Below are positions 47,082-56,067 of a stretch of 64,000 bases of DNA, piece after piece (the first letter of the stretch is position 1; each line of letters starts with the position of its first letter). The notes below the pieces were generated by a model that saw nothing but the letters and a program-made list of their open reading frames with translations, was not told where the DNA came from and searched no databases. Both the position numbers and the translations under genes were made by a program. Origin of the DNA: a virus (Duplodnaviria; Heunggongvirae; Uroviricota; Caudoviricetes); the IMG/VR virus record IMGVR_UViG_3300001199_000001, positions 165,404-229,403 of that record; one strand, given 5' to 3'.

Positions 47082-47375
47082 TTAACGCGTAATCGGCTCG
47101 AAGCGCCCGTCAGTGATTTCCTCATGTCGCCTGACCCAGCCACGGCCATCCGCATCGACATAGAAGGTGACGTTGGCTCCGTCTTCCAGTGGTTCGTCGG
47201 TCTGTAAGGTGACCCCGTTCATCTCGACTTCGTAATCCGAACCGCGCTTCTTGTGCCGCATGGTCGGGGTAAAGCCGATTGCAGCGACAACATCGAGCGC
47301 CCAGTCGAATAGCACCTCGCGTTCCATGGAGGGTCGAAATTCTTGGCCTAGAGATTCGAGCTTCTTGCGGTTCAT
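47082..47375 (-). CDS. hypothetical phage protein (HKKRG..Y / WVR...DGRF motif)
   Basis: 97 aa. Confidence 0.65.
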   Translation of the reverse strand: MNRKKLESLGQEFRPSMEREVLFDWALDVVAAIGFTPTMRHKKRGSDYEVEMNGVTLQTDEPLEDGANVTFYVDADGRGWVRRHEEITDGRFEPITR

Positions 47376-47905
47376 ATCAACAGCCCCTTGAGGTAGTCTT
47401 CGGTGTCGGCAATCAAATTTGTCAGCGTGCCCGGCTCCACGAAAATCGATTTTGTGGCCAAGGTGCGGTGGAACGTGTCGGCCGTCAAAGAGGTGACAAC
47501 ATCGAAATGCAGCGCCTCGTCTAAGAGCGTGATGCTTATGAAGATCACCTCCTCGGCGATATCATCCGCTTCCCAATGCTGGATCAGTTTGATCTTTTCG
47601 GCTTCTGAAGCATCAAGCCACACTTCTTCGGGCGAAATAGCGTACGACGTATCGGAATCATCGCGCACTGCTCTGTCGAATTGAAGCTGCTTCATCATCA
47701 GAGCGCCGTCGGCTTCAATCTTGTCACGCAGCGTGATCGGCATAGCGTGCTTAAGTTCAGCAAAACGAAAGCGCGTTTCGCCCCTCCAGCCGTTGTCCGT
47801 AGTCGTGGATTCGGTCTCTATACAACCCGGCCATTTACGCAGCACGGCAAGCAGAGAGTCCATCGCCAGTGCAATGCGGCGGTCTAGAAAAGGCGTCAGG
47901 GTCAT
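47372..47905 (-). CDS. hypothetical protein
   Basis: 177 aa, ATGA coupling. Confidence 0.6.
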   Translation of the reverse strand: MTLTPFLDRRIALAMDSLLAVLRKWPGCIETESTTTDNGWRGETRFRFAELKHAMPITLRDKIEADGALMMKQLQFDRAVRDDSDTSYAISPEEVWLDASEAEKIKLIQHWEADDIAEEVIFISITLLDEALHFDVVTSLTADTFHRTLATKSIFVEPGTLTNLIADTEDYLKGLLI

Positions 47906-48096
47906 GGGTCAACTAGGATAGAGAGAGCGACAACGATAAATCCGAAGGCAGCGACTAGGCCGATCCACTTCCATTCACGTTGGACATCGGGACGATGCCG
48001 AGTGATGAAATACATACCGAAACCCATCAACATACCAAAACCCAGTACGATGACCACGCTCAAGACCGGGTCCAAATCGTAGCTGGCGCTATACAT
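47902..48096 (-). CDS. small two-TM membrane protein
   Basis: two hydrophobic segments. Confidence 0.6.
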   Translation of the reverse strand: MYSASYDLDPVLSVVIVLGFGMLMGFGMYFITRHRPDVQREWKWIGLVAAFGFIVVALSILVDP

Positions 48097-48386
48097 TAGT
48101 TCTGGACGGCGCTTGGCGCCGGTAAGAAGTCGCCAACTCCGAAATCGAAATTCTCGATTCGATAGCCGATCACTTCAATGACACGATTTTCATCAGTGTT
48201 TTCAATCATTGAGCGCAGGATTTGCATGGCCTGGGCCTCATCGTCGCAAGTGAACTGGGCGACGAAATATTCCGGGTCGTCCTCGACCTCGACAACAACG
48301 GACAGGTTTGTACCCTGCCATCGATCTTCTTTGAAATATTTGGCGTTTGCCCGTGATGGAAGCTGCATCTTATTGGTCCCATCCAT
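48096..48386 (-). CDS. hypothetical protein
   Basis: 96 aa acidic. Confidence 0.55.
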   Translation of the reverse strand: MDGTNKMQLPSRANAKYFKEDRWQGTNLSVVVEVEDDPEYFVAQFTCDDEAQAMQILRSMIENTDENRVIEVIGYRIENFDFGVGDFLPAPSAVQN

Positions 48387-48473
48387 GGATCGCGAACGTT
48401 TCGCCCGACCCTATGATTTCGATCATTTCACCCATACCTATATATTAACAGATTTGATTGCGTAGTCAACACA

Positions 48474-48896
48474 TTAACGCCAACGGGCTTTGAGCTTTTT
48501 GGTGCCGTAATTATAGTTCACAGGTAATCCAGCATTAGGGTGCATCAGTTCCAGCCGGTGCGCCTTGCCTACCACAGCGCCTTTCGACCGTTGCATAAGA
48601 TTACAGATCGCCAGCACATGAAGTCCCGCTGCATAATAATCGCGCAGGCGGATGATGTCGTCATCTGTCCACGGTTTTGAGGGGAAGTTGGGTGCAACGT
48701 CCTTACGACTGCGCTTTAAGCGCTTGCTCGCGCCGCGTTCCAGGCGAAGGTCGCGCGCCTTGCTCCAGATCGCGATCCGACTAACACCGAACTCTGCGGC
48801 GATGTCGTCGACATGTACGCCGTCGCGATACGACCGGCGTAGTTGCTCTATCTTTTGGATTGTCCAGAAACGCGGACGATTGCGCCAGTGGGCCAC
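48474..48896 (-). CDS. protein with two tandem GcrA-N/Myb-like HTH repeats
   Basis: WTIQKIEQLRR..IAAEFGVSR.AI..KA and WTDDDI..LR...RSKGAVVGKAHRL. Confidence 0.72.
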   Translation of the reverse strand: MAHWRNRPRFWTIQKIEQLRRSYRDGVHVDDIAAEFGVSRIAIWSKARDLRLERGASKRLKRSRKDVAPNFPSKPWTDDDIIRLRDYYAAGLHVLAICNLMQRSKGAVVGKAHRLELMHPNAGLPVNYNYGTKKLKARWR

Positions 48897-49127
48897 CTAG
48901 GACGCCTTGCGCACGTCCTCGCCGCTGGAGGTTTCAACGTACTTCAGGACGAGCTTGTAAGTCCTTTCACCGACCTCAACCCAGCCATCCGTTTCAATCG
49001 TTACGGGGACGCCGTCCGTAGCGACGAACGGCTTAACTATCGGAAGCGCCTTGGCGATTTTTGGTGCGAACAATCCGGCGAACAGGGAAGCAATGAGACC
49101 GCGTCGATTCATAAGACCCTCTGGTAT

Positions 49128-49187
49128 TTTTTAACTTGACGGGAGACGCCTCTCCCAGTGGATTTTTAACTTGACGGGAGACGCCTC
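49128..49187. repeat. 25-bp direct repeat, two copies (period 35)
   Basis: TTTTTAACTTGACGGGAGACGCCTC at 49128-49152 and 49163-49187. Confidence 0.92.
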
Positions 49188-49190
49188 CCC

Positions 49191-49490
49191 CTACCGTTGC
49201 CGTACTCGATAGACGCCTTCAGCTTTCCGCATGCGCTCCAAAAAGGAGTCCATCTTCTCTTGTAGGCCAGGGTGGAGGGCATATTCAATCCGCTCCAGCA
49301 AATGAATTGCTTCGTCCCGCTCAAGACGGAAGCGGTCCCTCTGCGCTTGCAGTCCCGCCGGGTCGTGAAGCTCGGTCAAAGCGACCGCCGCCTCTCGCAG
49401 CAGACGACGGTCGTCATGATCGACGCCATTGATCTTCATCTTCACTCGCGAACGGCGGCTGGCGCGCAGGAGTTGATTGATCAAGGTCAT
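49191..49490 (-). CDS. hypothetical protein
   Basis: 99 aa. Confidence 0.55.
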   Translation of the reverse strand: MTLINQLLRASRRSRVKMKINGVDHDDRRLLREAAVALTELHDPAGLQAQRDRFRLERDEAIHLLERIEYALHPGLQEKMDSFLERMRKAEGVYRVRQR

Positions 49491-49745
49491 CTAGAGCGCC
49501 GTGACCTTCGTCTTCCAGCGCTCAAAGACCCCTGCCGATACCTGAACACAGGCGTAGACATCCTCTTCGGTACGGCCATAGACAATGCGTCCGCCCACGT
49601 CGGCGCGGAACTTAGCGTCAGCCTCGACCCCTCCCAGCAAGGCAAGCGCTTCTGCGCGCTTTTGGCCTTCAGGAAGGTTGTTGATGAGGCGTAGAATCTC
49701 GTATGAAATTCTACCAACCTGTGTACCGCGAAAGGCTTGATTCAC
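49491..49745 (-). CDS. hypothetical protein
   Basis: AAGGAG SD, promoter near 49788. Confidence 0.6.
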   Translation of the reverse strand: MNQAFRGTQVGRISYEILRLINNLPEGQKRAEALALLGGVEADAKFRADVGGRIVYGRTEEDVYACVQVSAGVFERWKTKVTAL

Positions 49746-49798
49746 TTGTATCTCCTTGGATTGAAGGTACCAAGACCTTCGCGGTATGTCAACAGGGT

Positions 49799-50344
49799 TT
49801 AACCAGCTTTCTTGAGCTTCGGCGGCTTGGCGGGCTTCACCGACTCGTCGACGAGATAGTAGTGTGCGACCGGTTGGCTGACCAAGTTGAGGTAGACGGT
49901 CTCAATCGGATAGCCGCGCAGCTTCAAATAACTAACCGCCGCACGGACCTGAGCCGAGTTAAGACCAAGCTTCTTGCCGATCTGCGGCGATGAAGCGGGT
50001 TTCCCGGTCAAGGCCCGCAGAACACGAGCGTTGTCGCTATCGGCGCGGATCGGCTTGGGCTCATCGCTCGCGCGCGACCGCCACTTCTCAGATACGCGAG
50101 AATGTGCTTTGACTTCGTCTATGGGCTTGCCGGTGAGTCTGTGCTCATGGTAAGCATAACCACCGTTCTCCGGTAGCACCCGACGTGACTCGACGTGATT
50201 TGACTTGCGTAGCTGTAGCAAGGCCACGGCGATCTGCGGCGTGGTCAGGCCGGTCGATTGGCGAAGCGCTTCTGTCGACTGAAAGTCAGTCGTAAGGCCT
50301 TCGATGATCTTTTCGCGGTTACCGCGATACTCGTGTACGGGCAC
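49799..50344 (-). CDS. tandem winged-helix protein
   Basis: two HTH-like repeats; promoter TTGACA-17-TACCTT at 50415-50387. Confidence 0.68.
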   Translation of the reverse strand: MPVHEYRGNREKIIEGLTTDFQSTEALRQSTGLTTPQIAVALLQLRKSNHVESRRVLPENGGYAYHEHRLTGKPIDEVKAHSRVSEKWRSRASDEPKPIRADSDNARVLRALTGKPASSPQIGKKLGLNSAQVRAAVSYLKLRGYPIETVYLNLVSQPVAHYYLVDESVKPAKPPKLKKAG

Positions 50345-50460
50345 TTTAGTCCTTCCTAATTTCTCCCCGATAAGGGACCTGTTGCAAAGGTATAGACAAA
50401 TATCCAGTTTGTCAACACCTTTGTCCTTAATTTATTATGATCCGTTGTGGATAAATTCTA

Positions 50461-50673
50461 TCACTCTCGCAAAGCGTAATGGGCCGACTGAACACGTCCC
50501 TTGTAGGTCATGATACGGTAGGACGTGTTCAGATTGTTGGCCCGCAATAGCTGCTGAATGATGCCGCCGACCACGCTTTCGCTAAGGCCTGTCTTATCGG
50601 CAAGCTCCAACTTGGTGATGCCGTCCTTATGCTGCTCCATAAGACTGACGATAGCTTCGCGGTTCTGGCTCAA
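50461..50673 (-). CDS. small HTH protein
   Basis: ITKLELADKTGLSESVV. Confidence 0.65.
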   Translation of the reverse strand: MSQNREAIVSLMEQHKDGITKLELADKTGLSESVVGGIIQQLLRANNLNTSYRIMTYKGRVQSAHYALRE

Positions 50674-50685
50674 GATCGTTCCTCG

Positions 50686-50943
50686 CTAATGTTCTCTGAC
50701 GAGCATGTCGGAGTCGTCCCAATGAAAGCCCCGTATGTCGTTCACGAAGTGTTCCAATGTCGAGGATGCCATGATCGGTATACGGAATTCCTGCGACAGG
50801 CCCATAGCGTGATCGACCGCGTCGGAGAAATCCTTCACAGGGTCGTTGGTGGCGAAGCGTCTATCAAACGGACCGGGTCCCTGGACGCGGACGGCCTTGT
50901 ATTTTTGGCCATACTGAATGCTGAGCGTAATTACAGCGTGCAT
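50686..50943 (-). CDS. hypothetical protein
   Basis: TAATG coupling at 50943. Confidence 0.55.
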   Translation of the reverse strand: MHAVITLSIQYGQKYKAVRVQGPGPFDRRFATNDPVKDFSDAVDHAMGLSQEFRIPIMASSTLEHFVNDIRGFHWDDSDMLVREH

Positions 50944-51626
50944 TAAAAGCTCCCGCTGCGGGCGTGGCGATGACGACACTTGATCTGCGCGCCTTTGTTG
51001 GCCTCTTCCTTGACACAGTACTTGAGGGCCGCCTGCGGGTTCTTCAACACCAGACCTTCATCGGCTGCGTTGTCCCGGACGGAATTGAACAGGCTTTTGA
51101 AACCGTCCATGAAATTGGCGAGGATGAAGGTATGGTCGTTGACCTTCAGTGAATCCTCAGTCTCGCCGATAATCGGGAAAGCATCCGTCAATCGGTCGTA
51201 GCGTTCCGCGTACACGGAACCGATCAGATAGGCTCCGTCGGCCACCAAACAGTCATGGAGGTAGTTGGTATCCTTAGGCCCGCCTTCGACCTTGGAGTGC
51301 AGTAGTTCGGAAACGAACACCCACCAGCCCTTGCCGGGTAGATTCTGAAACGCCCGCGACGAGGACGCGGTGGGAGCCCACATTGAGTGCGGCTCGCCGT
51401 CTCGTTTTGAGCAATGAAGCACCCGTTCGCCGCTGGCGTTGGGCGGGGCGACGGCGATCACATTGGAGGTGCCATTCTTCTTGACCTGCGCCACCCAGCC
51501 GCGCTTCTCGTAGAAGCCAAGCATGCTCGACGGAATCTTCGCGTCGGTCCCGGCGCGAACCGGATAGAGGAAGCGATAGTCGTCGTACCTCACCGAGGAG
51601 GTTTCAACTTCAAATGCTCGGGTCAC
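50943..51626 (-). CDS. minimal ATP-dependent ligase-like nucleotidyltransferase (adenylation domain only)
   Basis: QVKKNG (motif I), SELL, HD, EGLVLK (motif IV), IKCR (motif V); no OB domain. Confidence 0.75.
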   Translation of the reverse strand: MTRAFEVETSSVRYDDYRFLYPVRAGTDAKIPSSMLGFYEKRGWVAQVKKNGTSNVIAVAPPNASGERVLHCSKRDGEPHSMWAPTASSSRAFQNLPGKGWWVFVSELLHSKVEGGPKDTNYLHDCLVADGAYLIGSVYAERYDRLTDAFPIIGETEDSLKVNDHTFILANFMDGFKSLFNSVRDNAADEGLVLKNPQAALKYCVKEEANKGAQIKCRHRHARSGSF

Positions 51627-51827
51627 GTTGCCTCCTCTTCTCTAGCTAGGCGCGCAATCCGCGCGAAGCGAAACGGCTGTTAAAAGAATCCGCCAAACGC
51701 CGGGCTGTATCGCCCGATGGAGTCGGGATCAGTCCGCCGTCCGGATAGCGCACCACCCAGTCGGTGAAGACCGAGCGGCGCACATCCTTGGGCAGGTCGG
51801 CGCGCGGCAGCGCAACGGCCTTGATCA

Positions 51828-52511
51828 TCAGACGGCTACCGTCTCGTCGATCACCGCGTCGAGCAGTTCATCGACCACATCGAGGCAAGCCTCCAGCGAC
51901 TCGGTCGTGTCGACCTTGATCGCCTGAGTGGCGACCAGCGGCAGCAGAGTCTCGATGGTCGCCCGATCTGGCTTGCCGTCGAGCTTGCGCAGCTTGAAGA
52001 TGGCGTCGAGCGTTTCATCGCCCTTGGCGCAGACCTTCTTCTTCGACTGGTGCAGGAAGAGGTCTTCCGGGGCTCCGATCTTGGCGAGGGCCTTTTCGAG
52101 CTTGCCGAACAGCACGGCGTCTTCGGCGTACTTCGGGTTGATCACGAAGGTCTCGGCGATCTCATCGGTGACCAGCAGCGGAATGCCGTGGCGGTTGAGG
52201 ATTTCCTGCGCATCGACGGTCAGCGCCGAAGATAGATTCTTCAGTTGGATCGAAGCTGTGGCTTTGCCTTCAATGGCCTTGAAGTTGGCCGGGCGACCGC
52301 CCTTGCTGATGCCAGCGTTGATGAAGCGCTCCAGCGTGGCTTCCTTGAGACCGTTGCACAGGGTCTCGTGCAGGGTCTTCAGAGCCTTGACCACCGCATC
52401 GGTGGCGCCGAATTCGGCAAGGCCCTTGATCGGGACCATGTCGTCGGACGACGGCTTAGCCCGGCGAGGGGCGGGTTGAGCGATAGTCCGGTCTTTCGAG
52501 AGAAAAGCCAT
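51828..52511 (-). CDS. hypothetical phage protein
   Basis: GGAGG SD, promoter TTGACA-17-TATTCT at 52570-52542; start moved to 52511. Confidence 0.75.
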   Translation of the reverse strand: MAFLSKDRTIAQPAPRRAKPSSDDMVPIKGLAEFGATDAVVKALKTLHETLCNGLKEATLERFINAGISKGGRPANFKAIEGKATASIQLKNLSSALTVDAQEILNRHGIPLLVTDEIAETFVINPKYAEDAVLFGKLEKALAKIGAPEDLFLHQSKKKVCAKGDETLDAIFKLRKLDGKPDRATIETLLPLVATQAIKVDTTESLEACLDVVDELLDAVIDETVAV

Positions 52512-52779
52512 CCTGGCCTCCGTTGTTGTCGTCACTATGGAAGAATAGCCCACTGCGCCGTCGGTGTCAACACCCTTAATGCGATTTATCTCCGTGGCGG
52601 CAGGGGCTTCACGTCCTCGACCGCCACCTCGTGATAATAACGTGCTTCCCAGCCCGCTTGCCACTCGTCGAATTTATCCGGAATGCTGTAGTAGGGGTTG
52701 CGGTCCTTGCCTCGTCCAATCGCGAAGAAACCCTCGCGCCAAGGACGCGAGCGAATCTTAATGCGGGTCTTGGTGTCGG

Positions 52780-53199
52780 TCAGTCCCATTCCTCCGCACC
52801 CGCTCTCTCGGACGCAGCGAGGTAAAGCGCGATGCGTTGGTTCAGATTGAACGTCGGCCAGATTTTTTGGATGCCTTCGCTGACGTGATTGCGCCAGTCA
52901 TGAACCTTACCGGCTGCGCTCCACTTGGGATCGTCCAGATCGTCCGGGAGATCGTAATCGTCCGGGTCGAGCCGCAAGTCCTTACGCGTGTAACTATGAG
53001 AATCGCGCAGGTCGAGGACCAGCTTCGCAAGACGGATACCAGCGGTGCTGATCGCGGTCGCGTGGCCATGGATAAAAGAATCGACATCGAAACCAGCCGC
53101 AATGATGTGCTGATCGTCGAGCGGTTTGATATCGGAGAGTAAGGTTCCGATCCGTTTGCGGATTGCCTCGATGGTCAGGGCTTCGATTTGGTCGGTCAT
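52780..53199 (-). CDS. hypothetical phage protein (P.W...GKVHDWRN motif)
   Basis: 139 aa. Confidence 0.7.
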   Translation of the reverse strand: MTDQIEALTIEAIRKRIGTLLSDIKPLDDQHIIAAGFDVDSFIHGHATAISTAGIRLAKLVLDLRDSHSYTRKDLRLDPDDYDLPDDLDDPKWSAAGKVHDWRNHVSEGIQKIWPTFNLNQRIALYLAASERAGAEEWD

Positions 53200-53344
53200 T
53201 TTGTAGTTTCCCGATGTTTCTTGCCCGCCGCCCAGGCTTCGCCGCGTCGCCCGGTATAAGGATTGGGCGACGCGGCGGTAGCTTCATAGCCTTCCGACCA
53301 TGCCGAACGTTCTTGGAACTTTTCCTCGCGGCGTTGGCTAGGAC

Positions 53345-53749
53345 TCACGTCGAAGCCTTCCGCCGCTTGTTGCCTGCGATGTTGCGGGCAACAATCTTGG
53401 CGTGGAAGTGGGTCGGGGCGGGGGCAAGGTAGGTCACCCCCAATTCCTCATCCATCTCGACCAAGTCCTTGGCCATCTTATAGAGCAAGGTCAGTTGCTT
53501 GCCGCGCTCCTTGGCGCCTTTGGCCATCCGCCAGCGGATGACTTGAGCGACGATAGCCGCGCCTTGGGTCTTGCGGTGGTTGTTGAATGCGTAGCGGCAC
53601 TCGTCGTTACAGAACTTGGCGCTGTTGCGGCGGCCTTCACCAATGGTCAGCGAGGCCTTGCACCAACGACAAGCTCCACGCGCCTTCTCGTAGATGGCGG
53701 GCTTGCGGGTGCTGGTCGAGGTTTCTTCACAGATCATATCGAAAGCCAT
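53345..53749 (-). CDS. Zn-finger hypothetical protein
   Basis: CRWC...FCNDECR; promoter TTGACA-17-TATCTT at 53813-53785. Confidence 0.7.
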   Translation of the reverse strand: MAFDMICEETSTSTRKPAIYEKARGACRWCKASLTIGEGRRNSAKFCNDECRYAFNNHRKTQGAAIVAQVIRWRMAKGAKERGKQLTLLYKMAKDLVEMDEELGVTYLAPAPTHFHAKIVARNIAGNKRRKAST

Positions 53750-53820
53750 CCGGCCCTCCCGTTGAATGAATTCATCACTATGATAAGATAGCTGACAAAT
53801 CCCTCGTTGTCAACAGCTTT

Positions 53821-54120
53821 TTAGTAGTCTGGTGAGCCAAAGGCTTGATATTCGTGATCGGCGGCGGCGAGGTCATCCAGGCGATGTTCCATCGCCTCTT
53901 GAACGTACCAATAGTGAACAAGTTCGCGGGGATCGCGCAGGCCGGTGCGGTACGAGTTGGCGTAATCGCGACGGTACTGTGCACTATCGACCGGTTCCAT
54001 CGGCTCGTTAGCGCACTCGTTGGCGCGAGTGATGTCGGCGAGGAAGGCTTCCTCGGTCTTAGCGAGGTCGTAGACGGCGGCGATAGCGCGGGCTTCAGAA
54101 AGGGTGATGGGGTTGTGCAT
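53821..54120 (-). CDS. hypothetical protein
   Basis: 99 aa, GAGGA SD. Confidence 0.65.
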   Translation of the reverse strand: MHNPITLSEARAIAAVYDLAKTEEAFLADITRANECANEPMEPVDSAQYRRDYANSYRTGLRDPRELVHYWYVQEAMEHRLDDLAAADHEYQAFGSPDY

Positions 54121-54122
54121 CT

Positions 54123-54455
54123 TTAATCCTCTGCGGCTTCAAGGACGGCGCGGTCAAACCAACCAAGATCGGTGAGTTCGTGATCGACAACTTCGACTAC
54201 TTTCCAGCCGAAGGATTCCCAACGCTGGCTGGACATATGGAAACCGGCGCCGGAGGGGTCAAGGATGGTCGAAAGGCGCACGCGAACGCGTTTGCCGAGC
54301 GAGCCATAGTTGCCGGTTTCTTGCGCATGAAGAAGGGCGTGGATGATATCCGCGTCGACAGGGTAGCTCTGGCTGTAGCGCAGCATGTCGAGCGGAAAGC
54401 CGCCGTAGCGGGAGCCTTCGACATAATAGCCGTAGACGGTGGGACGTTTGGGCAT
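54123..54455 (-). CDS. hypothetical phage protein (FP.DMLRY / RWESFGW motif)
   Basis: GGAGG SD; promoter TTGACA-17-TATTCT at 54509-54481. Confidence 0.72.
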   Translation of the reverse strand: MPKRPTVYGYYVEGSRYGGFPLDMLRYSQSYPVDADIIHALLHAQETGNYGSLGKRVRVRLSTILDPSGAGFHMSSQRWESFGWKVVEVVDHELTDLGWFDRAVLEAAED

Positions 54456-54523
54456 CCGTGTTCCTCCAGTTGATGGGCGGAGAATAGCCCAGCGCGTCAG
54501 CCATGTCAACAGCTAATAATTGG

Positions 54524-54682
54524 TTAGAAGATATTAGCCGTTTTCAGGATGCCGTAGGCCACGGCGATACCCCGAATCTCATTGACTACGATCAGCAGGA
54601 TAACGACGGCTTTGGCGTGCCGGGCGAGAAACCCATAGATCGGCGCGCTGAGCCGATGGCTGCGAAACAGCCCGTCGAGCAT
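54524..54682 (-). CDS. small membrane protein (VNEIRG motif); start uncertain
   Basis: 52 aa from ATG 54682; frame stays open further upstream without ATG/GTG/TTG; promoter TTGACA-16-TATAAT at 54970-54943. Confidence 0.4.
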   Translation of the reverse strand: MLDGLFRSHRLSAPIYGFLARHAKAVVILLIVVNEIRGIAVAYGILKTANIF

Positions 54683-55199
54683 CCCCAGTTGTCGGGCGAA
54701 CGGCTTACACAGCAGCTTCAGCGCGCCGACGATCAGCCCGTCGATAAACCTTATCGGAGCCAGGAGTACGCTAGCTAAGCTGGTGACGTAAGCGTGTACA
54801 CGGAAGCGCCTAGACGGATCGTAGGCGGCATTCTCAGAGCGAATGGGGCTCGGCTGCCCGGAACGCGTGGCGCGCTCCTGAGGGCCTTCTAGCGGGTGGC
54901 TTGATGGGGTCGGGTTTATAGCAGTATTCTCCTTGGTGATTTATTATAAACCACGTTAGGAGAATGTCAACACCATGAATATGGGTCCGGCGAGAGATCA
55001 GCCGTTACCGGTGTGCATGGGAGGGACCTAGGATTCAACACTCAATCCGGTTGCCTAGACGGGACCACCCAAGGCTTTATCCCGCTTTCTCGGCTTATCT
55101 CCCGGCCTAGGAACCCGGTACATCCGCCTGTCTTGTTGCCCATTTGGGCGAATTCGATGTGATGACGCTGCTATAGCCGTGCGCACAGCCTTGCATCAA

Positions 55200-55272
55200 G
55201 TCAGTCGAAGAGGATTCGAACCTCTGGCCTCATCCTCTACGGACGCGCTCTCCCACTGAGCTACCAACCGAC
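55200..55272 (-). ncRNA. tRNA-like module, normal order, no CCA, 5-nt anticodon-position loop
   Basis: GTCGGTTGG/TCGACTGAC stem, TA-GCTC-AGTGGGA-GAGC, CGTCC-GTAGA-GGATG, AGAGG-TTCGAAT-CCTCT. Confidence 0.75.
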
Positions 55273-55326
55273 ACGTCATCACACTTTTCGGCCGGACTTT
55301 GCTAGCTCTATCGGGCCTACCTATGC

Positions 55327-55399
55327 GGGACTGCTCTACCCTCTGAGCTACGGTGCAACCTCTCGGCGGCCCGGTGGGGCTCGAACCCACGTCTTTCCC
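55327..55399 (-). ncRNA. circularly permuted tRNA-like module (T arm - capped acceptor - D arm; YrlA-like)
   Basis: GTGGG-TTCGAGC-CCCAC, acceptor capped by GCC-GAGA-GGT, TA-GCTC-AGAGGGTA-GAGC, closed by GGGA/TCCC. Confidence 0.78.
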
Positions 55400-55704
55400 T
55401 ACTCGTTGCCCGTTCGGGCGAAACTTTGGGACGATCTACCGGTCCGGCTAGAAACCCCCACGTGTGAGGTAACCAATACCTTCGCGGCGGCGAGGCTAAC
55501 GTCCCTCGAAGCCTTCTACTCGCTTTCCCCGATCTTTCCCGTCCCTTGAAAAGCGCTTTTCGCAGGACGTTCTCACACCGGTTATTCGCCTACACCGTTT
55601 TTGATTCGGTTCGACTTGCCAGCGACCTTTTCAGTGAAGCTGACCAGAAACTTGAACTTACGCCAACGGACCGCCACCCAACCGGACGAATTGCACGTCA
55701 TCGC

Positions 55705-55785
55705 GGCCATGATGCTTCTACCTTTAGACCACCTCCCGGTGCCCGGTTGGTGGGCGGGGATCGAACCCGCTTTACAACGATGGCC
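55705..55785 (-). ncRNA. second circularly permuted tRNA-like module (YrlA-like)
   Basis: GCGGG-TTCGATC-CCCGC, CCGG-GCA-CCGG cap, TG-GTCT-AAAGGT-AGAA D-like arm, closed by GGCCAT/ATGGCC. Confidence 0.68.
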
Positions 55786-56067
55786 CATCTTTGCTGGGCT
55801 GTACTATTCCAAGGCCTTTGGAACGCCTGTAGACGATCCGCTGGCGTAAGTTCAAACTACTTTCCAGAAGGCTCGCGGATGCTCATCCCGCGAATCAACG
55901 CCTTTCGGACTCCCCGCGCTCATAGGGTGTGTACACCACCCTACTCCCGACGGATCGGAGTGTCCGCACTGCGGTATCCACCCACGTCGCCCTAGTCGGC
56001 CGCTCTCTCGTTAACCCCGGCAGAGGTTGTAAGCGTTTGAGCTAGCCTTCTGGAAAACAGTTTTGAC

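Noticed and set aside
55546-55995. ORFs across the RNA locus (55196-55390, 55546-55995, 55582-55788, 55601-55849)
   Set aside because: No SD, no protein-like features, and they overlap clear RNA helices and tRNA-like arms
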